Source: the human T2T-CHM13v2.0 reference genome, Homo sapiens. From it: a stretch of DNA of 64,000 nucleotides. Positions 1 to 14,447 of the stretch are shown in pieces. How positions within the stretch are numbered: position 1 is the first letter of the stretch; each line of letters opens with the position of its first letter. The stretch lies in the NCBI RefSeq assembly GCF_009914755.1, contig NC_060935.1. One strand, 5' to 3'. The notes below the pieces were generated by a model, which was given only the letters and a program-made list of their open reading frames with translations, was not told where the DNA came from and did not search any database. The translations under genes and the position numbers were made by a program.

Positions 1-415
1 AGCTCTTCTAATATTTTGGTTTTCAATGATATGTGAATTCAGTGTCTCCTACTGCCCCACCCTGTAAAGGGAGAAAAGAACATGTTCATTTAAGTATACT
101 ACATGAACGAGGAAGTATAGTGTGGAATTTTGAGTTACAAAAGTGATAAATCGGTTAAATTATTGTTTGATGTCAAGAAGAGTATATATTATTCAGCTTA
201 TTTGCATGGGTTTCTTTACTCTTGAAAAATAAAAGTTGTCATTTAATTTATAATTTATGGACAAAGATATCCATGTCAGTTGTTCCAACTTCTTCATCTT
301 ACTCTTCACTGTTTTCTCCCACTGTTCCACTGAAACTTCTTGTAATAATACTACCAATTGATACCAATAAATAAGAAACCAATGCCTGATTTTAATTATA
401 GTAGGAAAATTTCCA

Positions 416-709
<294 letters not shown>

Positions 710-1189
710 AGAAAATTTCAGTTTTTAAATTTGACCTCCATGCAGCATACAGTATTAACTCATCAGCCATTTTTTTCTTGCGATTATCTTGTACCTGTGT
801 TTGTGATCTGGTTTTCTTCACATTTTCTTTACCTTTACACTATGTCATGTTTATTTCTGGTCTTGTCTTCTATTGTCCAGTTAAATCAATGGATCACAAG
901 CTTTACTCTACCTTGACTCACCAGAGATGCCCCTTAAAAACAAAACAAAACAAAAAAACAGCAGATTCCTGAGCCCTGTCACTAAAATAGATCAAAGAGA
1001 TGGCACGTTAACCTGAGTCTTCATAAAATAGCTTAGATGATTCTGATGCATATGGTCCTTGGACTATATTGCTTCCATTGTTAAGATTATCTACCATCTA
1101 ACAGTTCTATTATTTTACTTAACTGTATTGCCTAGTATCTGCTCCCAGATACTTACCATATTTTTGTGCCTCTCAGTTCTACTATATCC

Positions 1190-1420
1190 ACACAAGACCT
1201 GTTTTCTAAATTTCAGACTCAGATTTCCTACTCTTAATAGACATCTTCATGTGACTACCCCACAGGTACCTCAACTAAACATGTCCAAAAGTGAGCACAT
1301 CTTTTATTTAGTTCTCAAATTTACTTATCTTTCTGTTACACTCACTTTCTATTGGCTAAACCATCATTCATTAGTCATTTGAGCCAAAATTCTTGACAAT
1401 AATACCAGCCTCTTTGGTGT
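1190..1420 (+). mobile_element. L2 LINE fragment (ORF2 C-terminal region)
   Basis: cctcaactaaacatgtccaaaagtgagcac resembles the L2 LKLNMSKTEL motif; the ORF track shows QLNMSKSEHIF. Confidence 0.7.
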
Positions 1421-3179
1421 CTTTTCAACCTTCATGTTCCACCATCTTCAATACTCACTAGTTACCTAGTCATTTATAAAAGTCCTTATTCAGAGAAAGA
1501 AGAAAAAATCAAAACAAAATTCCATAATGTCCCATCTTATCTCAACACTGGATTAAAGTTCTGAATTTATTTTTATTTGAAAGATGCAGTTTGTGGGAAA
1601 GTTTGTTCCATTCATTCAACCATTAGACTGTTCTATTATTCATCCTTAAACCAAATCAATATTTTAATTAACAGAGTGGTTTCTGAAGTTCTTAAAATGA
1701 TAGTATTTATTTTTTGATATTCTTTAGTCAGGTGAAATAATGTCTAAGGAAGGCTTAATTATGTCTCTTTCTTTGGAAGAAAAAAGAGAAGAAAGTATTT
1801 TTGGCATTGTTATTTTATTAGAGGAAAGTTTTTAAAATAATTGATTTATATTCATAGAAATAATTATTTGTCTAACTAATTTTCCTTACACCTGCAAATG
1901 TAAAATTATTTCCTGTAATGTGCACAAATATAATTTTTCTGGGCTAATATTTTAATTTTTTCATGAAATGTATTAGAAATTTGAAGAAACATGAAATATT
2001 TTCTCTACTTTTCAGAGAATCTATTATATGACCAGGTGCATTAAAAACGCAGTTAATTTTTACAATAAATATTTAACAACTGATACGTTAAATGATAAAT
2101 CTTTTCTACATCTCAATACCTGAATTGTAATGGTGCAGAAACATTCAGTATAGAAATAATCACATAGACCATATCTAATATTCTTACTAATTTTTCTGTC
2201 AATGCTGCCAGAAAATTGCTTTCTACTCCTTTTTTCTGAAGTACTGATAATTTCCTGATGTTACGTTAAACAATGGCTTACAACGAAAATTATGTATTTA
2301 GGAGTAATTAAAAAAAATTTCTTTATAAAGTGTATATATTTTTTTCATTTGAAAATGTATAATCATGGCCAAGGGCATGTATCTTTTATATGCAACTATA
2401 TATTTTATGCCTTTATCAAGTATATAATTTATGAAAGCATTTTCTAATGCTTATTAAAATTACCTTATACGTTATCCCAGTGCCAAGAAAAATAAAATGA
2501 TAATGGGATCATTGCAGTGTAAATGGAGTAGCTGCCATGCCATCTGCTGCACATGTCCAGAATGAGTATAAAACTGGCCTGGTGCCACCCTCTTGGGTCC
2601 CAAGGCTACGTCCACTTACTTGCCAGAAAAAAAGAATTGATTTATGTTAGATATGGTTTTAATTTTGCTGCTATTAGGAACTTGTATTAACCATTACTAT
2701 ATTTCATTATCTGAACTATTTCATTTTAGTTTGATTTGGGGATGAAATGAAAATAAATATTTATATCTCAGTTTTAAGGCCACCTTTAAGGCACTAAACA
2801 GAACTGCATGTTTGCCTTGAATAAAAAAAACATTTTTGGTCACACTCTTATTATCTACAAATATTAAATTTGGTCATTTCAACTGGCATTTTTTCCTATG
2901 TCCTTTGTTGATGTTGTCACCACTTCTTTTCCAGTTACAAACATGGCCCTTGTTTTTAGTACTGATATGCTTACGACCTAACATTAGCCTTAACCAGTAT
3001 CTTTGCCTGACGAACTAAGTCTGCACTTACTCCATACTCACTTCGTAGAACAACACTAATTTCTGACATTTTTTTGTTGTGCGTATCTCAAACTGAAGAT
3101 CTGCAGATACATTCTGCAGGTCTCATAAAATATTATGTACATGTGTGTATAATTTTGCGATTTTATTCAAATATATTTT

Positions 3180-3280
3180 TTAAAGTTTGTTTTTAATTGG
3201 CATATTACAATTGTACATATTAATCGCGTATAATGTGATGTTTCCATACATTTTTACGTTATGTAAAAAATCAGATTAAA
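3180..3280 (-). mobile_element. L1MA-type 3' end fragment
   Basis: tttttaattggcatattacaattgtacatatt...atgtgatgtttccataca resembles the antisense L1MA 3' terminus. Confidence 0.6.
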
Positions 3281-5111
3281 AAAATTACACACTATAGTTA
3301 TTAGATTTCAGTGGCAGCATTTGCCTTTGTGTATATAATTATATAATTCCAACATCAACAAATGAAACCAAATGATGTTTGGCACAATGTATCAATAAAT
3401 GATTCATATTAGTTTGAATCTAGAAAAAAAAGCGGAAAACAAATATAATGTGGCACACGGTAATATAGTTATGTTGAATTCAAAAGAATGTTCTAAGTAT
3501 CAGTGTTTCAGCTGTGATCCTTCATGCTAGATAAAAATCTCAATTCAAAAACTAAGAAAACCAAATTAAAAAAACCTATAAAAAATGCAAATTCTTCCTT
3601 TTAATACATCCAGTATTGGTGATATAATTTCAGTAAAACAAACATTATCATTTGTCAAAGTCGAATATTTTCAATTTGTTTTTTTCTCACTTTTTAATGG
3701 TTTATTCATTGAGTAAAATGATATGTTACAATAAATTATGCAACATCAGCCATCATGTTTAACATTCAGCTGGTTTTAATAGCTTCTCTCAGGAGTTATT
3801 TTATCTGATTATATTTATAAGGTAAAATCTTATCACATTTCTCATATATACACACTGTGCCAGCGGATTCACACTACTGATATATGAATAAAATCAGCTT
3901 GGGATGTGCACTGGAGACAAATCAGTGAACACCTGTCAAAGATTATTTTAATAAAGGATGGTAAAAGCATTTGTAAAATGCATAGAATCTTTTTCCATAA
4001 ATAGATTGATATCTAAACATCTGTTGCATAAATTATGCTTCCAAAGTTTACAGTGGAACCCATGTTGGCTTATTTACTTTATTATTGCAGACTGTCCTTT
4101 AACGTAAAATGCACACCATTCATTTCCCTTACAACTGGGGTTAGGTGGAAGTCTCACAGAGATGGTGTGTGCACTGTGGTTGGCCTGAAACAGTTAAATC
4201 AGCTTGTAAAGACACTTCAGTGATAACAAGGTTTTAAAACATACTTCATGGAATCGGCTTCATGTATCATAGCATCTCATACCTGTGATAGAACAAGCTT
4301 TTAGTTTTTCCTTTGTTTTCTTTACATTCTTTATTCTCAGTGAAACAGGTTCACGGTATTATTTCTTTTTTTTCTTTTTCTTTGATTTTTGTTTCTCTCA
4401 GAGTTTTGAAGTTGCTGACTGATCCACAGAATAGTTTTGTACCATAGGTTGAAATTTGACCTCAAATATTACAATCTAGCAATATCTGCCTGGTCAGAGT
4501 GGGCCAGCCCTTGCCAGCGTGTGTGCACTTCTACTATTTCAGTCTATTCTTTGGCACCTGATAAGTGTGCTGAAAGAGAGAAACCCAGAGACTTGTTGCT
4601 AAGGATTTCACAACTAATGTTTGTTCGCAAGCATGTGTGTTTACAACCCTGTATTTTGATTTTCTTTTATTCTAGAATAGTTTCTTTCTTCCTCCACTAT
4701 TTGCAATCTGAGTTAAAAAGCTAACTTGAGCATATAAGGTTATTAGTTAATAAAATTATAGTGGAAAAATCTAATAACTTGGGTACTTATGGTCTTTATT
4801 TTTTAAAAAATCTTTTAAAATTCATTTTCTTGATTTCTTGATTTTATGCTGGATTACAGCTGTAACCATAAGACATTTATGACTAGTTTAGCAGCTGAGG
4901 AAAATGTTCATATTCTAAAGCATACCTTTAGTAAATCTGATTTAGAAACCACTAAAATTCGATTAATGGAATAACTAAATTCCCAAAGTGTCCCTCAGTT
5001 ATGATGAAGTATTTAAATGAAAATGAAAATATGCAAATAGGAGGTGTAAGTGGCATTTGATAATATCTCCTATGTGCCAAGGCTAAGAAGCATGCTTTAT
5101 AATTGTGCTAC

Positions 5112-6070
5112 TGTGGTATAATTAAAAATATCTATGTGGTCTTCATCCCTGGTTCCTGACTCAGAGTTCCTAAAACCCTTGAGATCTCCTGAGAGACAGC
5201 AGTGCCAGGAGCATCTTTTGTTAACATTTGGTTTTTGCCTTCAGTTCCTGACACAGACCTCCAATCCTTTGGAATTCTGTAAGTGATAAGAACATATTTT
5301 GTTCTAAAAAGGAGACTCTTGTAAGGCCCCTATGTTGGCTTCCGGATAAAGGCTGGTCACCAGAAAGACCAAACCTTAATTAGAAGCTGGGAACTTTCAG
5401 CCCTTCCCTGCAACCTCTTGGCAAGGCTCACCCCCCACTCAGGCATTAACTCTCCTCGCACCCACTCCCGGCTTAACCTCTAGGAAGGAGAGAGGTGCTA
5501 TAGACTGAGTTAATAATCTATCATTCCTGTATGATGAAACCTCCACAAAAACTTAAATGACTGAGAGTGCTTCTGGTCTGGTGAATGTGTCTACATGCCA
5601 GGAGGATAGCACACACCAACTCCATGGGACCCTTCTGAACCTTGCACTATGTATCTCTTCATATGAATGTTCATTTGTGTCTTTCATGTTGTCATTTATA
5701 ATAAATCAGTCATAGTAAGTAAGCTGTTTTTCTGAGTTCTGACAGCTGTTCTTGCAAATTATCATACCTGAAGGTAGGGTTGTGGAAACTCCCAACTTTG
5801 CAGCCAAGTAGGACAAAAATATGGGTATTCTGATACTTGCAATTGACATCTAAAATAGGGGCAGTCTTGTGGGAATGAGCCCTTGGTTTGTGGGGTCTAC
5901 ATGAACACCAGGTAGTTAGTGCCAAAATTGAACTAAATTGTAGCATACCCATTTGGAGTATAGGAAGTCAAATAACTGGTTGAGGTGTGGAACAAACAAC
6001 AACAAAACACAAATTTGGTATCATAACTGTTGAGAGTAGAATTAAATCATAATAATACAGGATTTCTCTC
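5112..6070 (+). mobile_element. MER21-family solo LTR
   Basis: Starts TGTGGTATAAT...GGTTCCTGACTCAGAGTTCCTAAAACCCTTG. Contains ggctggtcaccagaaagaccaa and ctgagttctg...gcaaattatc motifs typical of MER21B/C. Confidence 0.8.
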
Positions 6071-6895
6071 CAGTGTCAGCAAATGTAATAACACTCAAAA
6101 TTTCAAAGTTAGAGTCTGGCAAAATCACTTCCCAAAGAGACCACATAGGAACTTCAGGTGGGAAACTGGCTACCTTCAAAAGGCCTAAAATGTGATTGGC
6201 CTCTCTCCCCAGAAAGAGAGAGCGTATTAAATTGGTTGTTCGCCATCTCAGATTAACAATGTTAATACGGGAAAATAGGAAAGTATAAGGGCTAGATTAA
6301 TAAAAGCCCACAGTTTCGGACATTGCATAAGAAGAAGTAAACAAATCCTTAGGAGAGGGTCCATTCTGACTTAACAAGTGTATTTTCTCCTTTACATAAC
6401 CTCCTTTACACATTGTTCTTACGTACAGACTCAGAAAGAAGTTAGACTCAAATACATGTCCTTTAAATTTATAGACATCAAGTCTATCCATTATTCTTAA
6501 GCCAAACTTAAAGTCAGGAAGGCCACATCTTCATCTAGAGGGAGAAAGCAGAGTTAATGCCTGAGAATCTCCATACATTACTGCTATCCCAGCTTGCCAA
6601 GGTAAGGCTCTTATCCTACAGTCCACCCCTGAACTGATTTAACATCCTCTATCACAAAGGTCTGAGGATTACAATAAAAAAAAAATCTGTTTCCCCATAA
6701 CGACAAAATTAAAACCAGTGTAAAAGTTATTATCAGCAGTGAAAGAGATTCAATTAACATATTAAATGGTAAAAGAAAGCTTATTGGCTTAAGAACTGAA
6801 ATCCATTATTTTGCCATATACCAGAAATATATCTAAAAGAGAATTAAAGTATAATAAGAAATGCTTAGATATGACTAATATAAATGACAATGACA

Positions 6896-7226
<331 letters not shown>

Positions 7227-8622
7227 TTAAACTAGAAACTTCAGGATTTTGTAGAAAACTCAGTACAAAGCCTATCCAAAATTAATATATTTGGAAAGTC
7301 TGAAAAGAAGTGAGACAAAGACTCAGAAAGACTATTTGAAACATAAAATCTCTTTTCCAGTCTGGCATGTAAGAAATTTAGAAGCCAACACTCCACCTTA
7401 AAACATATAAAATGCCAACCAAAACTGAAAAATGAAGAACTCTTTTTAGATCTGGGAAAGAAGAGGTAACAGGGCAAACTACTGCCCCCAAAACTGGAAG
7501 AGACAGAGAGATGGTAAGTCATAACTTACTGGAGGAGAAGCCCAGGAGCAGAAACTTCCATGCAAACCAGTCCAGGGTAGGAAAACCTAAATTGTAATGG
7601 ATGAAGGCTGGATGCCAGTGATGGGATTAAAGGAGATAAAAGAAAGTAAAAGGAGTAATACTTGAAACAATCAATCTCTCCCAAATTATTGTTAGATGCA
7701 GAATTACAGATCCAGGGAAGTAAGAGAATGTCAAGCATGATGAATGCCAAAAAATCAATGTCTTGGTATATCACACACAAACTTCAGAAAACCAGAGAAA
7801 AAGAGAAAAAATATTGAAAGAAACTGGGTCGGGGAGCAAAACAGCTAATCCATAGAGGAGAAAAGTGAGAGTTATATCTGATTTCTCCTCAGAAACCATG
7901 CAAGGAAGAAGACAGTGAATAACATATTTAAAGTGTTGAGACTAAAAAAGACCAACAACATAGAATATCCAATCCTGTAGAATTATCTCCCAAAATAAGA
8001 GGATGTGTATGTATTTTCAGTAGAACATTTTCAGAAATAACATAAGTAATGATTTTTATTGAGTAGCTGACTATATTTCATTTTATGTTAAGCTAGAAAT
8101 ATACCTATGATTGTAAGGTGATGTACTCTGCTTATTAAAGTTCCTGGATATCCACTTCATTTTTTAATTTTTTAATACAATAATTTTTAATTTTATTTAA
8201 AAGACAAAAAGTAAAATTTTCATTGAAACATTATCAATCCACAAACAGAATACCCAGATATTCCCAATAAACATAAAATTCAGTTATCACTGATGTTTTA
8301 CCAACTTTAGCCATTTGTAAGAACATAGCTTTTACATTTTTTTAATTTTAAAATTTTATTTTATTTTAAGTTCCACGATCAGCTTTATCGAGATGTAGCT
8401 GACATAAGAAATGTAGGGAATAATATTGTGTCTTGGGGCATTTCATATGATGATTACATTATATTGGCATTATTGGTCATCCAATCAACAAAAATAAATA
8501 TTATGCAAAATAAGACACAAATTTAATAAATACTTATAAAGCCAAAATAATGTAGAGGAGAAATAAAACCATTTTCAAACAAAAATTGGGGCCATTTAGA
8601 GTGAGTAGACCAGTCTTGGAAG

Positions 8623-8686
8623 ACATATTAAAATAAATTCTTCAGAGAGAACCAACATATTAAAATAAATTCTTCAGAGAGAACCA
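8623..8686. repeat. Perfect 32-bp tandem duplication
   Basis: acatattaaaataaattcttcagagagaacca x2 (8623-8654, 8655-8686). Confidence 0.95.
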
Positions 8687-8941
8687 AAACACATAGGCCA
8701 TTGAACACATCTTAGAATCCCAAAATCCATAACATGTCTAAACCAAACTGGATATGGAGCAATAGGAACTCCCACTAATTGCTGCTAGGCACGCATAATG
8801 GTATAGCCATATCGGAAGACAATTTGGCAGTTCCCTTCAAAACGTCACATTGTCTTACCATGTGATCTAGCAATTGCCTTCACTGGTATTTACCCAAATG
8901 AACTGAAAACTTATATCCATGTAAAAGTCTGGCTATTAGTT

Positions 8942-9264
8942 GACCGGGTAGGGTGGCTCATGCCTGTAATCCCAGCACTTTGGGAGGCCGAGGCGGGCAG
9001 ATCACGAGGTCAGGAGATTGAGACTATCCTGGCTAACACGGTGAAACCCTGTCTCTACTAAAAATACAAAAAAATTAGCCGGGCGTGGTGGCAGGCGCCT
9101 GTAGTCCCAGCTACTAGGGAGGCTGAGGCAGGAGAATGGTGTGAACCTGGTAGGCGGAGCTTTCAGTGAGCCGAGATGGCGCCACTGCACTCCAGTCTGG
9201 GGGACAGAGCGAGACTCCATCTCAAAAAAAAAAAAAAAGAAAAGAAAAAAGAAAAAAGAAAAAA
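8942..9264 (+). mobile_element. AluY
   Basis: Full dimer with long A-rich tail. TSD aaaagtctggctattagtt (8923-8941) / aaaagtccggctatgaatt (9265-9283). Confidence 0.97.
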
Positions 9265-9879
9265 AAAAGTCCGGCTATGAATTTATAGCAGCTTTATTAT
9301 TAATTGTCAAAACTCGGAAGCAGCCAAGATGAATAGATATATAAAATGTGGTAGTCTAATTAGTGCTAAAAAGAAATGACCTACCAAGCCATGAAAAGAC
9401 ATGGTGAAAACATAAATGCATATCACTAAATGAAAAAAGCCAATCTAAACAGGCTAATAATGTATTACTGCATATGACATTCTGAAAAAGGCAAAACTAT
9501 GAAAGCAGTGAAAAGATCCATGGTTACTAGAGATTGGGTGTGTAGAAACCGATGATTAGGCAAAGCACAGAAGATTTTTAGGGCAGTGAGGCTCTTCTGT
9601 ATGATACAACTATTGTAGATACATGTCCTTATACATTTGTCCTAACTCATAGTATGTACACCACCAAGAGTAAACCCTAGTGTGAACTATGGACTTTGGG
9701 TGATAATGATATGTTAATGTAGGTTCATCAATCATAACAAATATTCCACTATAATGCAGAATGTTAATAGGGAGGCTGGGTATGTGTGGGGGCAGGGAAT
9801 ATATAGGAACCCTCTGTACTTGCTGCCTAATTTTGCTATGAACCTAAATCTGCTGTAAAATTAAAGTTTATTAATTGAA

Positions 9880-10725
9880 CAAAATAATAGCGAATAATTT
9901 CCCAAACTTATAATAAATTTCAACCAAAGGCACTATAAATCCAGCAAACTCCAAGGCAAAGTAAAATCATATCTAGGTAAACCTTAGCAAACTGTTTGTA
10001 TAAAAAAAGAGAGAGAGAAAAAAAATTCTTAAAAGCAGTGTAAGTCGTGACACAATACTCTTGGGGGCATAAAGATTTTTAAACGGCTGGTTTTTACCAA
10101 AAATCAGAGGACAGAATATTTTTCATCAAACCAAAAAATTTTTTAAAAATTGAAAATTAACTTAAGGCATTTAGAAATGCACAAAATATAAAATAATTGA
10201 TCATTGACAAACCTGCACTAGATATGCTAAAGGAAGTTCTTCAGGCTGAGGGTAAAGAATTAGAAATTGGGAACAATAGAAATGAAGAAAGAACATTGGA
10301 AATCATAAATAAGGGAGCAAACATAAAAGACTATTTTGCTTTGTTTCTAAATTTACTTAAGAGACACATTAATTACTAAAACAAAAAAAATTGTTGGATT
10401 TATAAATATATATATAGAGAGAAGTAAAATATACAACAATACAGTGGAGAAAGTGGAAAGTGGAAATATACTGTCATAACTTTCTGACACTATACTTGAA
10501 AAAGTATGATATTATTTCACAGCAAACTGTATTAAGTTAATAACGCATATGTAAATTCTAGAGAAAATCTTAAAAAAAAAAAAAACAGGCATAGGTCAAT
10601 AACAAAGATAGAATGAAAAGCCGAAAAAAAAATTCTAAATTCTATGAAGGCAGGAAAAAGTATTTTAAAAAGTTAAGAAATATAGAATAAACAATAGATT
10701 CACACATTTAAACTCAATCACATCA
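9880..10725 (+). mobile_element. Old L1M(E) fragment (ORF1 and inter-ORF region)
   Basis: aatttcccaaactt and aaacctgcactagatatgctaaaggaagttcttcaggctgagg are L1ME ORF1-like; strong A-rich strand bias. Confidence 0.7.
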
Positions 10726-11119
10726 ACACCTCCTTTCTCCTCTTCCTTTGTCTTTCTCTCCCCCTATTCTTTCCTACTCCTTTATTTTCTTCTTATCTTC
10801 CTGGCATTCTCTTATTTGCTCATCTCGCTTTCTTTCTAACTAGCTTCGTTTTCTTTACCAACTAAAGAAAATAAATTAAGAAAAAGGAAAGAAAATAGCT
10901 TCATTTTACCAACTAAAAAAACTTGATACCCTACTGAACTCAAGATTTCTTTACCAACTAAAGAAAATGAAGCTATTTTCTTTTCTTTTTTTAAATTTAT
11001 TTTCTTTCCTTTTTCTTTTTTTGTGTTATTTTCTTAAATACTCCTGTCATAAGTATTTGTGCTTACCCTTCATCTCACTATCTTTATCTGGCATTATAAT
11101 AAATGCACATTTAATAATT

Positions 11120-11720
11120 CTTCTCTATGTTCTGTCATTATGCTAGGTGCTAGAGATATAATAGTAGATGATAGTTTTTAAATGAACATGTAGGAAGGAC
11201 ACTTAGCCAAATCTTAGCGAATCATTAAAGCTTTCCAGGAAACTAACATATAATATAACCTGAAAATAAAAAGGTACACAGGTTGGAAGACATCCTTAAA
11301 TGGAGCTAGAGTGGTAAACAGGGCCAGAATTTGAATCACTTACATTTTAACTCATGTAAAGAAATTTGAAATGAAATCAAATATATATTTAGTAAAGTAT
11401 ACTTGAGAGGGCATTGTGATTGATTTGGTTTGGGGTCTTGAGTTCAGTAGGGTATCAAGTTTCAGGGCTTGAACAACCTGGTGAGGCCTAATATCACTCC
11501 TCCACCTAACAGACAGGAAAGAAGAGAACAAGTTAGGAAAGTTAATATATGCGTTTCCATTATTGAACGTTGAGTGTCAGCGTCTATAGAATAATCCAGC
11601 AGAGAGGTGTATAGACCATTGTGTGTATCTAAGTCTAAAACTCAAAGGAGCTTTTAAGCTAAAAACTAATTTGGAAAATTTTAACAGATTGATGATTATG
11701 GAAATGAATGAAATCACCTA
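11120..11720 (-). mobile_element. L2 LINE fragments
   Basis: tatgctaggtgctagagatataatagta (antisense L2 3' end) and further purine-rich L2-like segments. Confidence 0.6.
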
Positions 11721-11875
11721 AAGTGGATTTCTAAACATTTTGAAAGTCACGGATTCTTCAGAGAAGATAATGAAACTTGGCAACATTCCAGAATACACAT
11801 AAAATTTGCCTATCATTTCTGGGAATTCAAGATTATTCTAGAAATTGTCTATAGTCTCTAGTCTATGAATCTCTA
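11720..11875. mobile_element. MER103C-like hAT DNA transposon
   Basis: gtcacggattcttcagagaagataatgaaa...cacataaaatttgcctatcatttctggg resembles the MER103C consensus. Confidence 0.55.
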
Positions 11876-12714
11876 ATATATTCTGAGAAAAAGTAAGTGG
11901 TGTAGGTAGTATGCTTAAGAAAGAAAATTTTGAAACAAAACATTTCACAATTATCTACATCTTGCTAACTTCAGAATTGATGTTGGCAGAAAATCAGTGA
12001 CTAGTATTTTTATTATAGTGAGGATTAATTGTTGAATTATAATCTATATACGGTAGAAATTGGGATTCGGGCAGGTCACTTTTCGGGGATTCTTGCAGTC
12101 ACTTAAAGTTGACTGCAAGCCAACTTCATAAGTTTCTTGGGAATATTGGCTGCTTTTTCTTTAAACAATTCTTGATATTTTTAGGTTTAAAATGTCACAT
12201 AATCAACTGCAATATAACTTAGAAAGATGAAGTGATTTTGATTTATGTATCTCCTACTATGCAATATCTTGATTGCTCATGAATGAAGTAAACATTAATT
12301 TACATTGGCATTTTAGTTACAAAATAAATCACATTCACCATTTTTGTTCCAAACCTCAGTGAGAGACCTAAATACTATGTATTTCTCATATAATATTTAG
12401 TCTATGATTATATTTCTTCCTATGTCTCTGACTTGCTTTAAAATGTTGTTTGAAAATAAATCAAATAAAACAAACCTAATAGAACAAATTTACAAAATAT
12501 GTAGCATTCAATTCAAGAAATATATTAAACTTTGTCAGAGTAATATTAAACTAGACCCTTTAGGATTTCATAGAAAACTCAGTACAAAGTCTATCAAAAA
12601 TTAAAATGTCCTTCCATAAAACTTTCAGAAAATAGCATGTTCATAGTCTGGTTTGAATATGAATAAATACATATGGATTTATTCAAATCATGCTCTTTGA
12701 CTACCTGATAAATA

Positions 12715-12897
12715 TCATGTGATAGTCTGGACAGGAGCTAGATTATAAATATTTTAAGTTTTGCAGGCCATACAACCTGTGATGCCACTACCCTGCTATT
12801 GTAGTGCAAAAGTGACCGTAGGTATATATAAGCAATAAATTGTTTTCTAAGGAAACTAACAAGTGGCTGGCTGGATTTGACCTATGGGGCCTTCTCT
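12715..12897 (+). mobile_element. MER58A hAT-Charlie element
   Basis: taaatattttaagttttgcaggccatac...ctgctattgtagtgcaaaag...ggctggctggatttgacctatgggg. Confidence 0.75.
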
Positions 12898-13049
12898 AAT
12901 AGACACAAGATAAACTGGACCGAGTGACTATCCCCAAGAAGATTACATCATTTAAAATATAATATGTACGAGAATTATATTAGAACAAAGATGGAAATAA
13001 GAGCAATGATAGAAAAATATTACTGTGAAAACAGAAACATAAGAGATGA

Positions 13050-13640
13050 TTTTAAAAAATTAATACATTAGTGGAAGATTTTATCAGGGATCTTTAGCAT
13101 ATAAAACAGACCTTAAAGGTGAATGGTAATAATGGTAATAGTTACACTATGTTTTATAGTTAAAAAATATTTTCATTCATGTTGTCTAATTTGGGAAGAG
13201 AGATATATTGGTAGGTAGTATATTTGAAGCTGAGCAATCAATTTAAACAAAGCTAAAAGACCAGAAACTGCAAGGCATATTTGAGATAAATGAATTGTTT
13301 GATTTGACAAAACTACAGGGCTAAGGGTTTTGGCTGAAAAAAAAGAGATTAGAGTCGGAAATGCAGGAAATGTACAGAATTCATATATTAGGTTTTAGGC
13401 AATGGAGAGGCATTAACTGTGCTTGAGCAGCATAGTGATGAATCAGAGCTTTGCATGAAAGGAAATTCATACAATAATTTTCTATAGGATTGTAAGGGAG
13501 ATACAATAGAGGTGGAATAATAAATTAAAATAGAATTGTAGGAAATTATTTATGGGACGAATTAATGTCCCGAAATAGGGAAGTGGTAAAGAAAATGAAA
13601 AAACGAAAGTGTTTGTGGCAGCATGCATCAGGAGCATAAT
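13050..13640 (-). mobile_element. L2 LINE fragment
   Basis: taggcaatggagaggcatta...ttgagcagcatagtgatgaatcagagctttgcat is typical antisense L2. Confidence 0.6.
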
Positions 13641-13999
13641 AAACTGACATAGCCATTGTTTTTGATTTCTCCCATTTTTCAGGAAAGAATAAGTCTATTT
13701 CCTTAATACGAGCTTCCATCTCAATTCCTATAATTCTACGGGAGCAAACAATCTGAATTCTTTCTAAACATCAACACTTTCCCGCTCCCCTTGGTGCTAA
13801 ACTTTGATCCAACCTGAGAAATAGAAGTCCTTCCCCTCAAAAAAGCCAAACTGGGGTTGATGGGGGTGGCCTCCTCTTACTCTTACATAGATGTAATAAT
13901 AATGATAATAGTAACAATAAATAATGATACTACTTTAAACTGAACACTTATGTAGGAAATGCTCTTCAAGTGATTTGTAAATATTAAGTCATTTGGGTC

Positions 14000-14223
14000 T
14001 AAGCTGTTGGCAAAAATGAGAAGAAATGAAACACAGTTGGGGAGTCAGTTTCTTGGTGATATTAAAACCACAATCTTGTTTCATGTAGCTCTTTCTTTAG
14101 ATTCTATGAATTCCCCAAATATCCTTCTCAGATATATGAGCCAACAAATTCCAGTTTTTTTTTCCTTAAGCCAATCTGAAGTAGTTTCCTAATATTACAA
14201 ATAAAATTGTACCAACAAAAACA
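14000..14223 (+). mobile_element. Old MLT1 (J/K-like) MaLR LTR, 3' part
   Basis: atatgagccaacaaattcc...ttaagccaatctgaagtagtttcc resembles the MLT1 3' end. Confidence 0.6.
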
Positions 14224-14447
14224 ATTCTAGACTGATTAAACATAAAAACAAGAAAAAAAGAGAAAAAATAGACAATGATTCTGTAGTTTGGAGTCATGTT
14301 TACTGCAAAAGTGGATTCACAGAGAAAAGAGAAATAATGAGGGATCTATGGTAGGAGGTGGTAATTTCAGAGTTGAAGGGCCTATAAAATATTTGTAGTA
14401 TATTTGGGAATTATTTAATGAATAAAAAGAAAGCCTGAAAGGTCTAT

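Larger units (their letters stand above)
7350..9872 (+). mobile_element. L1MC1/2-like LINE-1, internally deleted (5'UTR, ORF1 piece, 3'UTR)
   Basis: 5'UTR-like sequence at 7350-7620; ORF1 remnant gatttctcctcagaaaccatgcaagg; 3' end atgtaggttcatcaat...tgctatgaacctaaatctgct. Interrupted by an AluY and a ~550-bp insert. Confidence 0.8.

Noticed and set aside
5150-5300. Internal near-duplication gttcctgac.caga...cc.ttg
   Set aside because: As recalled, this is a built-in feature of the MER21 consensus.
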